Below are positions 26,028 through 35,788 of a stretch of 64,000 nucleotides of DNA, piece by piece. A model generated the notes under the pieces. That model searched no databases and had not been told where the DNA came from. It saw nothing but the letters and a program-made list of their open reading frames with translations. Made by a program: the position numbers and the translations under genes. The first letter of the stretch is position 1. The number at the start of each line of letters is the position of its first letter. The stretch lies in contig CAZKGL010000001.1 of NCBI GenBank assembly GCA_964552565.1, positions 237,113 to 301,112 of the forward strand, read 5' to 3'. Source of the stretch: an uncultured Gammaproteobacteria bacterium. Its GTDB lineage: Bacteria > Patescibacteriota > Patescibacteriia > UBA9934.

Positions 26028-26632
26028 ACTACATGTACCGTAGCTCGTATTCCGCAAACCGCGGCGGCCGAGGTCCGTCGCGGTTCGGTGCGATTGCGCG
26101 CATCGCCGCGCTCGTGCTGCTCGCCGTCGGCATCTTCGTGCTGGCGGTGTGGTGGTTCCGCCGCGACGCGTCCGACGCCGAGACCGCAGGTGCGGAATCG
26201 CCGGTGGAGGACGGCGCCGACGCGACGGTTGCAGAAGATGGTAATGCACTTCCAAATGGGAATGCATTACCATTTGCGGCCGCGTCCACTGTCGCGTTGA
26301 CCGCACGCGGGGGGAGCGGCGCAGCGGGCACGGCGATGCGGACGCAAGAGTCCGGCGCGTTCCGCATCACCATCGTGGCCGACATGCCTTCGATCGATAG
26401 CGCCACGACGACGTATGAAGCGTGGTACGTGAAGCCGGGCATCACGGATTTTTTCTCGCTGGGTGAATTGTTCCCGCGCGACGACGGCAAGTGGGGCTTG
26501 GTGTGGGAGACGACCGACGCCCTTGCGCGCACCGATATTTTGGAGTTCAATCGCATCCTTGTTACCCGGGAAGCGCGGGACGGAAATCCTGCGGTATCCG
26601 CGGACCAAGTGTTGGATGGGACGTTTGAATGA
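26024..26632 (+). CDS. membrane-anchored protein with anti-sigma-K (RskA-C)-like beta domain
   Basis: Single TM, acidic linker, YEAW...FFSLGEL...ILVTRE...VLDGTF. Confidence 0.6.
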   Translation: MNYMYRSSYSANRGGRGPSRFGAIARIAALVLLAVGIFVLAVWWFRRDASDAETAGAESPVEDGADATVAEDGNALPNGNALPFAAASTVALTARGGSGAAGTAMRTQESGAFRITIVADMPSIDSATTTYEAWYVKPGITDFFSLGELFPRDDGKWGLVWETTDALARTDILEFNRILVTREARDGNPAVSADQVLDGTFE

Positions 26633-26733
26633 GCGATGAAAGATGGAACCATCCCGAGGCGGCTGCCGAGGGACCTCGCAAACGCTCTAGGCCCCTCCTG
26701 GCGTCGGGGTGGTTGCATGGAGCGACGACCAAT

Positions 26734-28041
26734 ATGAAAATCGCAATTATTGGAACCGGCTATGTGGGACTCGTGTCCGGCGCGGATTTCGCGTCGCGGG
26801 GGTTTGACGTCGTCTGCGTTGACATTGACGCCGGACGTATCGCGGGACTGCAGCAGGGCGTCATGCCGTTTTTCGAAGAGGGGCTCGAGCGGTTGGTGAC
26901 GGACGGCGTTGCGGCGGGGACGCTGTCGTTTACGACGGACGGCGCGACGGCGATCGTCGGTGCCGACGTCGTCATGACCGCGGTTGGGACGCCGCTTGGC
27001 GCCGACGGACGCGCGGACCTTTCTGCGGTGTACGACGTTGCCGCGCAGTTTGGCGCATCGGTCACGGGCCGCGCCGTCCTCGTCAACAAGTCAACGGTCC
27101 CGGTCGGCACCGCGGAAGCGTGCGAGGCGATCGTCCGCGGCGCGCTCGCAAAACGCGGCGTCTCGTTCGATGTCGCCGTGGTGTCGAACCCGGAGTTTTT
27201 GAGCCAGGGGACTGCGGTACGCGACACGGCGCGACCGTCGCGCATCATCGTCGGTGCGGAAGAGGATTGGGCGCGCGAGGTCATGCGGGAGCTCAACGCA
27301 TCCTTCATCGATGCGGGCGTGCCGTACCGCGAGATGTCGCGCCGCAGCGCGGAGATGGCGAAGGTCGCGGCGAACGCGTTCCTTGCGACGAAAATCAGTT
27401 TCATTAATGAGATCGCGAACCTCTGCGAGCGGACCGGCGCCCGCGTCGACGAGGTCGCGGAGAGCATGGGCCTCGACAGCCGTATCGGCCCCGCATTTCT
27501 CCGTGCCGGCCTCGGCTACGGCGGCGGGTGCATCCCGAAGGACGCCGCGGCGCTCATTGCCGCCGGCCGCGACGTTGGCTACGACTTTCGCATCCTTCCG
27601 GCGGTCGAGGAAGTCAACGCGCTCCAGCGCGAACTGTTGTACGCCAAGTTGTGCGAGATGCTTCCGGAACGCAAAGGGACGCGCGTCGCGGTTTGGGGGC
27701 TGGCGTTCAAGCCGGGAACCGACGACCTGCGCCTTGCGCCGGCGCTTTCGCTTCTCGCCCACCTTCTCGACGACGGCGTCGACGTCGTCGCGTTCGACCC
27801 CGCCGCGGCGGCGAATGCGGCGAAGCGTTTCCCGTCCGTCACGTTTGTCGACGACCCGATGGCCGCGCTTGCGGGCGCCGATGCGCTCGCCATCTGTACG
27901 GAGTGGAATATGTTCTCTTCCTCTACGCTCTCCGACATCCGCGATGCGTTGCGCGGCGACATTGTGCTCGACGGCCGCGGAGTTTTTCGCACGCAAAAAC
28001 CGCCGCAAGGACTGCGCTATTGGAGCATCGGATGTGGATAA
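26734..28041 (+). CDS. ugd: UDP-glucose 6-dehydrogenase
   Basis: IIGTGYVGL, KSTVPVGT, SNPEFL, FLATKISFINE, GYGGGCIPKD, GLAFKPGTDDLR. Confidence 0.95.
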   Translation: MKIAIIGTGYVGLVSGADFASRGFDVVCVDIDAGRIAGLQQGVMPFFEEGLERLVTDGVAAGTLSFTTDGATAIVGADVVMTAVGTPLGADGRADLSAVYDVAAQFGASVTGRAVLVNKSTVPVGTAEACEAIVRGALAKRGVSFDVAVVSNPEFLSQGTAVRDTARPSRIIVGAEEDWAREVMRELNASFIDAGVPYREMSRRSAEMAKVAANAFLATKISFINEIANLCERTGARVDEVAESMGLDSRIGPAFLRAGLGYGGGCIPKDAAALIAAGRDVGYDFRILPAVEEVNALQRELLYAKLCEMLPERKGTRVAVWGLAFKPGTDDLRLAPALSLLAHLLDDGVDVVAFDPAAAANAAKRFPSVTFVDDPMAALAGADALAICTEWNMFSSSTLSDIRDALRGDIVLDGRGVFRTQKPPQGLRYWSIGCG

Positions 28042-28113
28042 CTAACGTTGAAAAACGAGCAGGGCATTCGGAATAGAGGTATCATATGTCCAAGTAATAA
28101 ATGCCTTATTCCT

Positions 28114-31100
28114 ATGCTCGCACGTTTGTTGACGTTTCGGCAGGCCCGTCCTTTGGCCTACCTCCTCGCCATTCTTGGCGCAGGTATCGTGTTTCTCCTC
28201 ACCGCGCAAAGCGCGTTTGCGGCGAACACTATCAGCACGAGTAAGTACGAAGAGTCGGGTACCGCGGACGGTACGCTCGACCGCATCCGCTTCGCGATGG
28301 ACGAGAACGTCACGGCGTGCACGTACGAGTCGGGCGACTGGAGTATCGACGCAGCGGGTACCGTTGGCCTGACCGCGATCACCGCGGTCTCCTGCACGAC
28401 GCTCGACGTGAACCTCGACATCACCGCGACATTTACCGCGAACATCACGGGCGGCGCAGTGAACCCGCAGATTGACTATAACAACCAGGGTCAGCCAAAC
28501 AGCATCTACCTCACGAGCGGCGCGATGACGAACAAGTTGAACCAGGCGATCACGGACGGCGCCAAGCCGCAAGCGAACGCGTTCACCTATGCCGACAACG
28601 ACGGCGACGGGAAGATTGACCGCGTGACCATCACCTGGTCGGAAGAAGTAGCGGCAGGATCTGTCATTGCGAAAAACGACCTCACCTTCCAGAACGTCGG
28701 TGACTTCACGGGCATTGCATTCGGTACGGATAACACCGACCTCATCACCGGCTCGACGTCAACAACACTCCTCGACCTCACGGCAGGTGCCGGCGCCGCA
28801 GAAGCGACTGCGCTGGACACGGCCGATTCCGGCAGTATCCGTATCGACTCGCAGAACGCCTGGTCCATTACTGACGGTACGAACGCGAACACCACGCTCG
28901 GTTCGCAGTCGGCGATTGCGACATATACTGACGGTGCCAAACCGGTCATCTCGACATTCGACTATTCGGACGCGGACGATGACGGCAAGGTCGATACCAT
29001 CACCGTCAACTACACGGAAACGGTTACGGCCGCATCGGTGCTCGCGGCAAACGACCTTACGCTCTCCGCGGTCGGCGACTTTACCTCGCTCGCATTCGGC
29101 GCCAACTCCACGGACCTTATTACGGGTTCGGTGACCTCTACCGCAATTACGCTCGGCACCGAGTCGACGGTAAAGGATACCGAAGACAACGCCGGCACGC
29201 TCGCCATCACGTCGCAAAATCTCTTCTCGCTGACGGACGGTACCAACACGAACGCCGACCTCGAGGCGCAGGCGCAGGCGACTGCGGTGGACGAGGCGAA
29301 GCCGGTCATCACCGCCTTCGACTACCAGGACGCGGACGATGACGGCAAGATCGACACGATCGTTACGAACTTCTCTGAAGAAGTCGTCGCGGGTAGTGTG
29401 TTGCGTCCGGCAGACTTGACGTTCTCGGCGGTCGGCGACTTTACGGCCGCGGCATTCGGCGCGAACACGACCGATGCGATCACCGGTACGGTCACCTCCG
29501 CGACGCTGACGCTCGGTACGGAATCCACGGCGAAGGACACTGCGGAAGGCGCCGGAACCATCGCCATTACCGCGCAAAACAACTTCTCCCTTGTCGACAC
29601 CGCGACGGCCGCGAACACGAACAACACCCTCGATGCACAGAGTTCGAGCGCGACGTTCGTGGACGAAGCCGCTCCGCAAATTGCGACGGTTACTTACTCT
29701 GATGCGGACGGCGATGCCAAAGTCGACACGCTAACCCTCGCCTACACCGAAACCGTGACTGCCGCGAGCGTCCTTGGCCAAAACGACCTCACGCTCTCCG
29801 CAGTCGGCGACTTCACGGCGCTCGCGTTCAGCAACTCGGCGACGGACCTTATTACCGGTTCGGTCTCGAGCACGGCGATCACCATGGGTACCGAATCGTC
29901 CGCGCAGGATACGGGTGACGATAGCCCGGCGCTCGCGATGACGAGCCAGAACCTCTTCTCCCTTACGGACGGCACGAACGCGAACGCCGAACTCGAGGCG
30001 CAGATGTCGAGCAGCGCGACGGTCGCCGACGGCGCACGTCCGATGCTCCTCACCACGTCGCCGGTAAACGGCGCCACGGGCGTCTCGGCCACGGCGAACA
30101 CGGTGCTCACGTTCTCCGAACCGATCAGCACCGGCTCGTTCACCTGGACCTCGACCGGCGGCCCTGCAATGGCAGACTTCGCGGCGGCGTGGACGGTTGG
30201 CGACACGGTCGTTACGCTGAACCCGCCGGGCAACATGGGCGGCGGCCTCCATACGGTCGACGTCACCGCAGCGCCGGACACTGGGAGTAACACGTATAAC
30301 GGCGCGGTCGCAGCGATCGCCGATCCATTCACTTTCACGGTGTCGACAAGCGGCACCACGAGCACGGGCACCTCGAGCACGGTTGGTGGCTCGGCAAACT
30401 ACTCGGTCCTCGTCGAGGCGCCGAACGGCGGCGAGACGCTGACTCCGGGCGAGAGCTACGACATCCGCTGGTCGACCGACGGCGGTTCGACAATGAGCGC
30501 GATGAACATTGCATACTCGACGAACAACGGCGACAGCTACACGGCGATCGTCTCTGACACGGCAAACGACGGCAGCTACACCTGGACCGTGCCGGACATC
30601 GATTCCGACCAGGTCTTCATCCGCATCCAGGGCACCGACCTTGCGACCGTCCTCGCGTACGACCGCTCGGACAGCGAGTTCACCATCGGTACCGTCGCGG
30701 CATCCGATGACGAGGATACGACGGACGAAGATGAGGACACGTCGAGCGACGACTCGGATACGGCGGAAACGTCGGATGATGTCACGGTCCCGTCGAGCGG
30801 TGAAACCGGCGCGTCGCCGGTGACCGGCGAGACGGAAGAGATCTCCGCGGTCGAGGCCGGCATGTACGTGCGCAGCGTGTACTTCGACACCGTCTACTAC
30901 CTGGAAGGCCAGGATGACGGTTCGATCGTCCGCCGCCCGTTCATGGACTCCCAGACCTACTTCACCTACTTCGACAGCTGGGATGAAGTGGAGACGGTGA
31001 CCGACGCCACGCTTCCGACCTTGACCCTCGGCGCCCCGATGCTTCCGCAGGCCGGCGTGGTCCTGGTCAAGATCCAGAGCGTCGCCAAGGTCTACGCCAT

Positions 31101-31293
31101 CGAAGGCGACGGCGAGCTCCGCTGGGTCACCAGCGAGTCGGTCGCCGAGGAGATCTACGGCGAAGACTGGGCCGACTACGTCATCGACATCCCGGACACG
31201 CTCTGGCCGCGGTTCGACCAGGGTGATGACATCGACTCGGATGAAGGCTTTGACACGAGCAACATGAAGACCCGCATGGAGGTGAACTCCTAG
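28114..31293 (+). CDS. large secreted/surface protein with four ~122-aa tandem repeats, Ig-like domains and CPR-type C-terminal domain
   Basis: Signal peptide ending AFA; repeats carrying DxDxDGKxD; Big_5-like SPVNGATGV..TVLTFSEP; APNGGE..YDIRW domain; acidic linker; VYY..RRPF..DWADYVID C-terminus. Confidence 0.85.
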   Translation: MLARLLTFRQARPLAYLLAILGAGIVFLLTAQSAFAANTISTSKYEESGTADGTLDRIRFAMDENVTACTYESGDWSIDAAGTVGLTAITAVSCTTLDVNLDITATFTANITGGAVNPQIDYNNQGQPNSIYLTSGAMTNKLNQAITDGAKPQANAFTYADNDGDGKIDRVTITWSEEVAAGSVIAKNDLTFQNVGDFTGIAFGTDNTDLITGSTSTTLLDLTAGAGAAEATALDTADSGSIRIDSQNAWSITDGTNANTTLGSQSAIATYTDGAKPVISTFDYSDADDDGKVDTITVNYTETVTAASVLAANDLTLSAVGDFTSLAFGANSTDLITGSVTSTAITLGTESTVKDTEDNAGTLAITSQNLFSLTDGTNTNADLEAQAQATAVDEAKPVITAFDYQDADDDGKIDTIVTNFSEEVVAGSVLRPADLTFSAVGDFTAAAFGANTTDAITGTVTSATLTLGTESTAKDTAEGAGTIAITAQNNFSLVDTATAANTNNTLDAQSSSATFVDEAAPQIATVTYSDADGDAKVDTLTLAYTETVTAASVLGQNDLTLSAVGDFTALAFSNSATDLITGSVSSTAITMGTESSAQDTGDDSPALAMTSQNLFSLTDGTNANAELEAQMSSSATVADGARPMLLTTSPVNGATGVSATANTVLTFSEPISTGSFTWTSTGGPAMADFAAAWTVGDTVVTLNPPGNMGGGLHTVDVTAAPDTGSNTYNGAVAAIADPFTFTVSTSGTTSTGTSSTVGGSANYSVLVEAPNGGETLTPGESYDIRWSTDGGSTMSAMNIAYSTNNGDSYTAIVSDTANDGSYTWTVPDIDSDQVFIRIQGTDLATVLAYDRSDSEFTIGTVAASDDEDTTDEDEDTSSDDSDTAETSDDVTVPSSGETGASPVTGETEEISAVEAGMYVRSVYFDTVYYLEGQDDGSIVRRPFMDSQTYFTYFDSWDEVETVTDATLPTLTLGAPMLPQAGVVLVKIQSVAKVYAIEGDGELRWVTSESVAEEIYGEDWADYVIDIPDTLWPRFDQGDDIDSDEGFDTSNMKTRMEVNS
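28555..30027 (+). repeat. four intragenic tandem repeats of 360-375 nt
   Basis: Repeat starts at 28555, 28930, 29290, 29662 (D[G/E]A[K/A]P...YxDxDxD[G/A]KxD...L...VGDFT..AF). Confidence 0.85.
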
Positions 31294-31304
31294 CGGCCAC
31301 AACC

Positions 31305-31342
31305 AAGAGACGGGGGACGCGTCCCCCGTCTCTTGTGTTTTT
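31305..31342 (+). terminator. intrinsic terminator
   Basis: CAAGAGACGGGGGA-CGCG-TCCCCCGTCTCTTG then TGTTTTT. Confidence 0.8.
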
Positions 31343-31388
31343 GATCGCGTTCAGGTAAAAAATCACCGTCATTTTTCTTTCTCACCTT

Positions 31389-32375
31389 ATGATGTCGCGT
31401 TGGATACTCTTGGGAGGAGTTATTGCGCTGTCATTCGCGCTTGTGCCGCACGCGTTCGCCGCAGACACGGTGGACCATGACACCTCGGTCGACCTCATCG
31501 GCAACGATGCGAGCGGCCATACCACCCAGGTGGAGGGTGAGCTCGCGAAGCCGTTCACGGTCGTCTCCTCAATCTCATTCCGGACGTTCAAGGACGCCAC
31601 GGTGACGGTGTTCGCACCGGCCACGGGCGACGCGTTCGTCCCGGGCACGTCGCATGACATCCGTTGGGAGTGGGACAGTCAGGCGATGTCCGCGGTCAAC
31701 CTTTTCTACTCGAAAGATGGCGGCGCGACGTACACGGCTATCGCCACGAACGTCCCGAACCGCGGCTACTACGCGTGGAACGTCCCGGATGTCGTGACGG
31801 AGCACGCGAAGGTCCTGGTGCAGGGCACGGACGGCCTCGACGTCTTCGTGGAGGACGTTTCCGACGAGTTCACGATCCTCGGCACGGTCGAGTACGGCAC
31901 GTCGCCGGTCGACGGCACGACCGAGGAGCTCGCCGACGTCGATGCGGGACAAGTCGTCATGAGCCCGTCGTTCAGCGAAACGTATTACGTCGCCGAAGAC
32001 GGGACGCGCCGGCCGTTCATCGACACGCAGAGCATGTACACCTACATCCGCCATGCCGATGACGTCGCCATGGTGACCGACGCGACGGTCGCCTCGCTCG
32101 CGCTCGGCGCGCCGATGCTTCCGAAGTCCGGGACCGTGCTCGTCAAAGAGGCCATCTCGCCGGATGTGTACCTTGTGACGGGCGATGTCGAATCGCCGGT
32201 CATTCGCCACATCACGAGCGAACGGATCGCCGCCGAGATGTTCGGCGAGGATTGGGCCGACTACGTCATCGATGTACCGCCGACGGTCCTCGTCCGCTAC
32301 GCGCGCGGCGAAGCCATCGATCGCGCGATCATGGTGGATACCTCCGGCATGCGGAAACGAGAGACATTGCAGTAA
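31389..32375 (+). CDS. secreted protein paralogous to the C-terminal part of 28114-31293
   Basis: Signal peptide; DIRW..MSAVN..YSKDGG..Y.AI; SPVDGTTEE; RRPF..TDAT..LGAPMLP..G.VLVK; GEDWADYVID. Confidence 0.85.
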   Translation: MMSRWILLGGVIALSFALVPHAFAADTVDHDTSVDLIGNDASGHTTQVEGELAKPFTVVSSISFRTFKDATVTVFAPATGDAFVPGTSHDIRWEWDSQAMSAVNLFYSKDGGATYTAIATNVPNRGYYAWNVPDVVTEHAKVLVQGTDGLDVFVEDVSDEFTILGTVEYGTSPVDGTTEELADVDAGQVVMSPSFSETYYVAEDGTRRPFIDTQSMYTYIRHADDVAMVTDATVASLALGAPMLPKSGTVLVKEAISPDVYLVTGDVESPVIRHITSERIAAEMFGEDWADYVIDVPPTVLVRYARGEAIDRAIMVDTSGMRKRETLQ

Positions 32376-32389
32376 CGCTCCGAGCAACA

Positions 32390-32433
32390 CACCCATCCTG
32401 AGGCCGTCGGCTGACGCCTCCTCAGGATGGGTG
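32390..32433. repeat. intergenic palindrome / terminator (CATCCTGAG family)
   Basis: CACCCATCCTGAGG...CCTCAGGATGGGTG. Confidence 0.6.
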
Positions 32434-32456
32434 TTTGGTGCTATACTGGAGCAAGT

Positions 32457-33212
32457 ATGGACATCTTCACGCAGCGCAAGAACGGCGCGACCGGGGTGAA
32501 AGACCCGTCGCGTGTTTGCCGCATCCCGCTGACGCCGGAGGAGCGCGCCATGTGCGCGACGCCGGACCAGGCGCCGAAGATGTCGGACATCACGTGGCGC
32601 ATCTTCCGCATCATGGCGGAGTTCGTCGAGGGCTTTCAGTTCTTGTCGACCACGACGCGCGAAGTCACGGTGTTCGGGTCCGCGCGCCTGCCGCCGACGA
32701 ACCGTTGGTACCAAGAGGCGGTGAAGTTCGGGCGGTTGCTTGGCGAGCACGGGTTCAGCGTCATCACCGGCGGCGGTCCGGGCATCATGGAGGGCGCGAA
32801 CAAGGGCGTATACGAGGTCGGCGGGGAATCCATCGGCCTGAATATCCAGTTGCCGCACGAACAGCGCATCAACCCGTACGTCACCCGGTCGCGCGCGTTT
32901 TACTACTTCTTCACGCGCAAGGTCATGCTCGCGGCGAGCGCCCAGGCCTACGTCTATTTCCCCGGCGGGTTCGGCACGCTTGACGAGCTGTTTGAAATTT
33001 TGACGCTCATCCAGACCAAGAAGTCCGAGAAGATCGCCGTCGTGCTCGTCGGCCATGCGTTTTGGGATCCGATGGTCGAATGGATCCGCGAGACCATGCT
33101 CGGCACCTTTGATGCGATTTCCGCCGAGGACCTGCATCTGTTCACCGTGGTCGATACCGCGGAGGAGGCCTTCGAACTTGTGAAGACCTCCCAGGAACGG
33201 TCATTCTTCTGA
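32457..33212 (+). CDS. LOG family nucleotide-binding protein (TIGR00730-like)
   Basis: VTVFGSAR, ITGGGPGIMEGANKG, FFTRK, FPGGFGTLDELFE. Confidence 0.92.
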   Translation: MDIFTQRKNGATGVKDPSRVCRIPLTPEERAMCATPDQAPKMSDITWRIFRIMAEFVEGFQFLSTTTREVTVFGSARLPPTNRWYQEAVKFGRLLGEHGFSVITGGGPGIMEGANKGVYEVGGESIGLNIQLPHEQRINPYVTRSRAFYYFFTRKVMLAASAQAYVYFPGGFGTLDELFEILTLIQTKKSEKIAVVLVGHAFWDPMVEWIRETMLGTFDAISAEDLHLFTVVDTAEEAFELVKTSQERSFF

Positions 33213-33216
33213 TGCT

Positions 33217-34788
33217 ATGGCAGAACGCTTGCGCGCCCTGGCCCACGTGTTTGAAAAGCCCGACGGCTTTTCCGCGGCGGTCGGCGAAGAAGTCATCGAA
33301 GTCAGCGTGCCGGTGAGCACGGCTGCCGTGTTATACGAGAAGGTCCGCAACACGCTCGAATACCAGGAGGAGCATCTCCTCCGGCGCGGCGCCATCGAAC
33401 GGTTCTTCCAGCGCCACCTCGGAGAGCAGACCGCGCTGTCGTCGCTGTCGGGCGACCTCTTGCGGGAGCTCGTGTGGGCGAAGTACCTTCCGAACAAGGC
33501 GGTGCCGACGCACCTTGCGGACAAGGTCGCCGCGGTCGTCGCGAAGTACGACACGCTATTCAAGGCGGCAGAAGGGAAAGGCGATGCGCGGGAGCGCATT
33601 TCGGGCTTCGTGCTCGACACGCTTGCGACCGAAGTCGAGTACACCATCGCCCCGCCGCACCACGACGAGGCGTTGGCGAGTTACATGTACGAGGAGATGC
33701 GCGAGCGGACGGAATGGGATCCGGCGTACGGACTTTCGGACGAGGCGAAGGACCTCCGGCTGTTTATTGCCGTGCACCGCACGCTCCTCAAGTCGAACCA
33801 AGAAACGCTCCGGTTCCGCGTCCTGTCGCTGTACTACCCCGACTGGCCGGGCGCGAGCACGCCGGAACGTATCAACGAGATCGCGGCCAACCTGGTGAAG
33901 GTCGCGGACATGGTGGACGGCGAAAGCATGCATCCGTTGACCGACCGCGTGTCGCGCATGCTGCGCCGACGCGCAGGCGTGTTCCGCGTCGTCCGCGACG
34001 TCATCGACCATCACCCGGAGCACTTCCACGAACTCCTCGAAGACCCGGATGCGCTCGACCGGCAGGTCGGGGAAGCGCTGCACCACCGCACGGACCTCTT
34101 CCGCACCAGGCTCCGCCGTACCGTCGTCCGCGCCATCCTTTTCCTGTTCATCACGAAGATGCTGTTGGCGCTTGTCATGGAAGTCCCGTACGACCTCCTC
34201 GTCGTCGGCGAACTGGCGATGGGCCCGCTCCTCATTAACATCCTGTTCCCGCCGTTCTTCCTCGCGCTCCTCAGCCTGACGGTGACGATCCCGGAGAAGC
34301 GCAACACGGACGACTACCGGGCCGCCGTGCGCGCACTCGTCGTCCATGCCGACCATCCGGTCCTGAACCTCCGCATCAAGAAGGAGACGCGAAGCGCGTG
34401 GGCGACGATCTTTAACGTGCTTTACGCCGGGACGTTCATCTTCGTGTACGGCGTGATTGCGAGTTTCCTCCATAACGTCGGTTTCCATGCGCTGTCCATC
34501 GGGCTGTTCCTGTTTTTCCTCTCGCTCGTCACGTTCTTCGGCATCCGCATCCGCAGTTCCACCCGCGATATCGTCGCGCTCGACGCGCGCAGCGGCATCA
34601 TCGGCACGGCGTTCGACATCTTCATGCTCCCGATCGTCCGCGCCGGCTCCTGGCTTTCGGTGAAGGTCGCGAAGATCAACGTGTTCATCTTCTTCTTCGA
34701 CTTCATCATCGAGGCGCCGTTCAAGGTCGCGATCCGATTCATGGAAAGCTGGCTGAACTTCGTCCGCGAAAAGAAGGAAGAAATTTAA
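33217..34788 (+). CDS. hypothetical protein with C-terminal multi-TM region
   Basis: 523-aa ORF with host-like codon use; several hydrophobic helices in the last third. Confidence 0.8.
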   Translation: MAERLRALAHVFEKPDGFSAAVGEEVIEVSVPVSTAAVLYEKVRNTLEYQEEHLLRRGAIERFFQRHLGEQTALSSLSGDLLRELVWAKYLPNKAVPTHLADKVAAVVAKYDTLFKAAEGKGDARERISGFVLDTLATEVEYTIAPPHHDEALASYMYEEMRERTEWDPAYGLSDEAKDLRLFIAVHRTLLKSNQETLRFRVLSLYYPDWPGASTPERINEIAANLVKVADMVDGESMHPLTDRVSRMLRRRAGVFRVVRDVIDHHPEHFHELLEDPDALDRQVGEALHHRTDLFRTRLRRTVVRAILFLFITKMLLALVMEVPYDLLVVGELAMGPLLINILFPPFFLALLSLTVTIPEKRNTDDYRAAVRALVVHADHPVLNLRIKKETRSAWATIFNVLYAGTFIFVYGVIASFLHNVGFHALSIGLFLFFLSLVTFFGIRIRSSTRDIVALDARSGIIGTAFDIFMLPIVRAGSWLSVKVAKINVFIFFFDFIIEAPFKVAIRFMESWLNFVREKKEEI

Positions 34789-34797
34789 CCCACGCCC

Positions 34798-35787
34798 GTG
34801 ACGCGGAGGACCGCAGCACTTCGGATCGTCTTTACGCTGACGCTCGCCCTCTCGGCCTTCGCGTCAACCGTGTTCGTATTGACGCGCCGGGTGGTTATAC
34901 CGGATGCGGCGACCGAGTTTGGCATCACGTTTTCTCCCCGTACCGCGTCGTACTACGGCGTCGACCCCCGCGCGGCATACACCGCGGCGCTCGACGAACT
35001 CGACGTGCGGCTCGTCCGCCTGCCCGTGTATTGGGACGACGTCGAGCCGTCCGACGACGCGTACGCATTCACGGACACGGATTGGTACATGGACGAGGCG
35101 GCGGCGCGCGGGGCGAAGGTGACGCTCGTCATCGGCATGAAGGTTCCGCGCTGGCCCGAGTGCCACGTGCCGGACTGGGTGCCGAGTGATGCGCCGCGCG
35201 AAGCGCTCCTGGATTACCTCGAAGCCGCCGTCGTGCGCTACGCGCACCATCCGGCATTGTATCGTTGGCAGGTCGAGAACGAGGTGCGGTTCCCGTTTGG
35301 GGAATGCCCCGCGCCCGACCTCGCGTTGTTCGCGGACGAGGTCGCGCTCGTCCGGAGTCTCGATGCCGATACGCCGATCCAGCTCACGGTGAGCGGCGAG
35401 CAAGAGGCATGGGCGGCGACCGCGGAGGACGCGGACGTGCTCGGTGCGAGCCTCTACCGATTTGCCTGGAACTCGACGTTCGGGCTCGTCGTCTTCCCGC
35501 ACCCGCCGTCGTATTACCGGTTGCAGTGGCGTACGCTTGGCGACCGCGTCGACACCGCGGTCATCTCCGAGCTGCAGGCGGAACCGTGGTTTGACGGCGA
35601 TGTCCCTGCGGACGTTGCGGAGCGGTATGCGCTCTTCCCTGAAGAGCGGCTGCGCGACCATGCGCGGTTTGCCGAGGCGACGGAGTTCCCCGAGGTGTAC
35701 CTCTGGGGGGCCGAATGGTGGTATGCTTTGCGTATCGCGGGCGAACCGCGGCTTTGGGATACGGCAAGGGATATTTTGCAGGAGTAA
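34798..35787 (+). CDS. clan GH-A glycoside hydrolase (GH5/GH42-like), membrane anchored
   Basis: VRLPVYWDDVEP, WQVENE (acid/base), ISELQAEPW (nucleophile), LWGAEWW. Confidence 0.8.
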   Translation: MTRRTAALRIVFTLTLALSAFASTVFVLTRRVVIPDAATEFGITFSPRTASYYGVDPRAAYTAALDELDVRLVRLPVYWDDVEPSDDAYAFTDTDWYMDEAAARGAKVTLVIGMKVPRWPECHVPDWVPSDAPREALLDYLEAAVVRYAHHPALYRWQVENEVRFPFGECPAPDLALFADEVALVRSLDADTPIQLTVSGEQEAWAATAEDADVLGASLYRFAWNSTFGLVVFPHPPSYYRLQWRTLGDRVDTAVISELQAEPWFDGDVPADVAERYALFPEERLRDHARFAEATEFPEVYLWGAEWWYALRIAGEPRLWDTARDILQE

Positions 35788-35788
35788 C

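Noticed and set aside
28555-32375. Diversity-generating retroelement TR/VR pair
   Set aside because: Repeats differ at all base types, mostly synonymous positions, and no reverse transcriptase is present
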